From NCBI GenBank assembly GCA_948999435.1, contig CARJCM010000002.1:1-56320 (forward strand): a stretch of 56,320 nucleotides of DNA. Direction: 5' to 3'. Below, piece by piece: positions 55,735-56,320 of the stretch. Position numbers and translations under genes: made by a program. The first letter of the stretch is position 1. Each line of letters begins with the position of its first letter. Below the pieces are notes generated by a model. The model saw nothing but the letters and a program-made list of their open reading frames with translations. It did not search any database and had not been told where the DNA came from. This DNA is from an uncultured Bacilli bacterium (GTDB lineage Bacteria; Bacillota_I; Bacilli_A; RF39; UBA660).

Positions 55735-56152
55735 CTTTTTCTAAAAATTGTTTTATTTTTTTATCATAACTCTTTTTCAAATCATGAGCAAAATCATAAC
55801 CACTAAATTGTTCTAAATACTCAATTACTAAATTTATATGTTTATCATATTCTATATCTTTATCTATATTATTTAAATACTTTGCTACTAAACTATTATC
55901 ATTAATTCTTTTTATATAAAAATTTAATAAATTAGTATTACCTATTTTTTCAATACCAGATTTAGCAATACTTAATAAATTACTACAATTAACATCTATC
56001 CCTTTGTTAAACATAATAAGAACACATCCAATAAATATTTTATCAGTTCCATCTTGAGGTAAAGTTTTATTAGTAAAATCTAACAACATATTTATAGTTT
56101 TAAAATTTTTATATTCTTCATAAAATAATCTTAAATATCTATTTATAAACAT
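55724..56152 (-). CDS. Hypothetical protein
   Basis: 142-aa ORF with no TM and no recognised motif. Its stop overlaps the DUF3781 start. Confidence 0.45.
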   Translation of the reverse strand: MFINRYLRLFYEEYKNFKTINMLLDFTNKTLPQDGTDKIFIGCVLIMFNKGIDVNCSNLLSIAKSGIEKIGNTNLLNFYIKRINDNSLVAKYLNNIDKDIEYDKHINLVIEYLEQFSGYDFAHDLKKSYDKKIKQFLEKDGK

Positions 56153-56212
56153 AATAATTCCCCTTGCTTTTATTATAACAGAACAAAAGATTTAAAAAAT
56201 GATAAATCATTT

Positions 56213-56320
56213 TTAAATCCCTCTAACCTCACGATTAGTTTTTTCTGCTTCATTGATTTCGTTAACTACATTCTCCACAGACTTAAATTCCGATGGTCGC
56301 CACCGTACTAGTTCTTGTTT
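56213..56320 (-). CDS. 3' end of an unidentified gene (5' part off-window)
   Basis: Minus-strand frame open from the window edge to TAA at 56213-56215. Own translation ...KQELVRWRPSEFKSVENVVNEINEAEKTNREVRGI*. Confidence 0.35.
   Translation of the reverse strand, partial: KQELVRWRPSEFKSVENVVNEINEAEKTNREVRGI

Noticed and set aside
1-56320. CRISPR arrays, transposases, integrases, restriction-modification genes or other classical defence genes
   Set aside because: I saw no regularly spaced direct repeats. No ORF carried recombinase, transposase, nuclease-ATPase, TIR, SIR2 or Cas-like motifs. The absence is by eye and not exhaustive.

Overview
Very AT-rich, gene-dense window with about 60 protein genes, roughly 90% on the minus strand. 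It looks like a low-GC, spore-forming Firmicute (Erysipelotrichia/Clostridia-like), but the taxon cannot be fixed from sequence alone. Standard code 11 fits.

The backbone is housekeeping: priA, fhs, rluB, rluD, lspA, a rhomboid protease, a cyclophilin and one elongator tRNA-Met. Sporulation genes are scattered through it: sigG, yunB, ylmC/ymxH, a CotZ/CotY-like coat gene and a GerQ-like gene.

Several envelope and accessory modules are present:
- a BceAB-BceRS-type peptide-antibiotic module with a BceR-like operator;
- an ARE-like ABC-F gene preceded by a 6-codon leader ORF and mutually exclusive hairpins;
- an ECF sigma/anti-sigma pair with a TGTAAC-N17-CGTC promoter;
- a DUF4358-MBOAT-DHHW O-acylation operon;
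- a dockerin-bearing M6/GLUG metalloprotease next to a membrane-anchored cadherin-like surface protein;
- a three-gene operon aimed at deaminated bases.

I found no CRISPR array, transposase, integrase or recognisable classical phage-defence gene. There is therefore no clear-cut novel system, only candidates.

Most unusual observations:
1. A 1384-aa bitopic protein. About 610 aa of unknown cytoplasmic sequence are joined through one TM helix to SpoIID-like, SGNH, M23 and lysozyme-like wall-hydrolase domains.
2. A duplicated cassette of a divergent XRE regulator, a large secreted protein and a small RHH gene. The two copies share conserved intergenic blocks, and a decayed RHH remnant lies elsewhere.
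3. A 266-bp module bracketed by inverted repeats. It carries a strong promoter, a tiny hydrophobic ORF and a convergent terminator hairpin, which resembles a type I toxin-antitoxin locus.
4. A ferredoxin with a 48-residue tail containing 15 Cys.
5. A lipid-kinase-like gene whose conserved C-terminus sits in another reading frame.

All functional calls come from motifs read by eye in the supplied translations. No database search was run.
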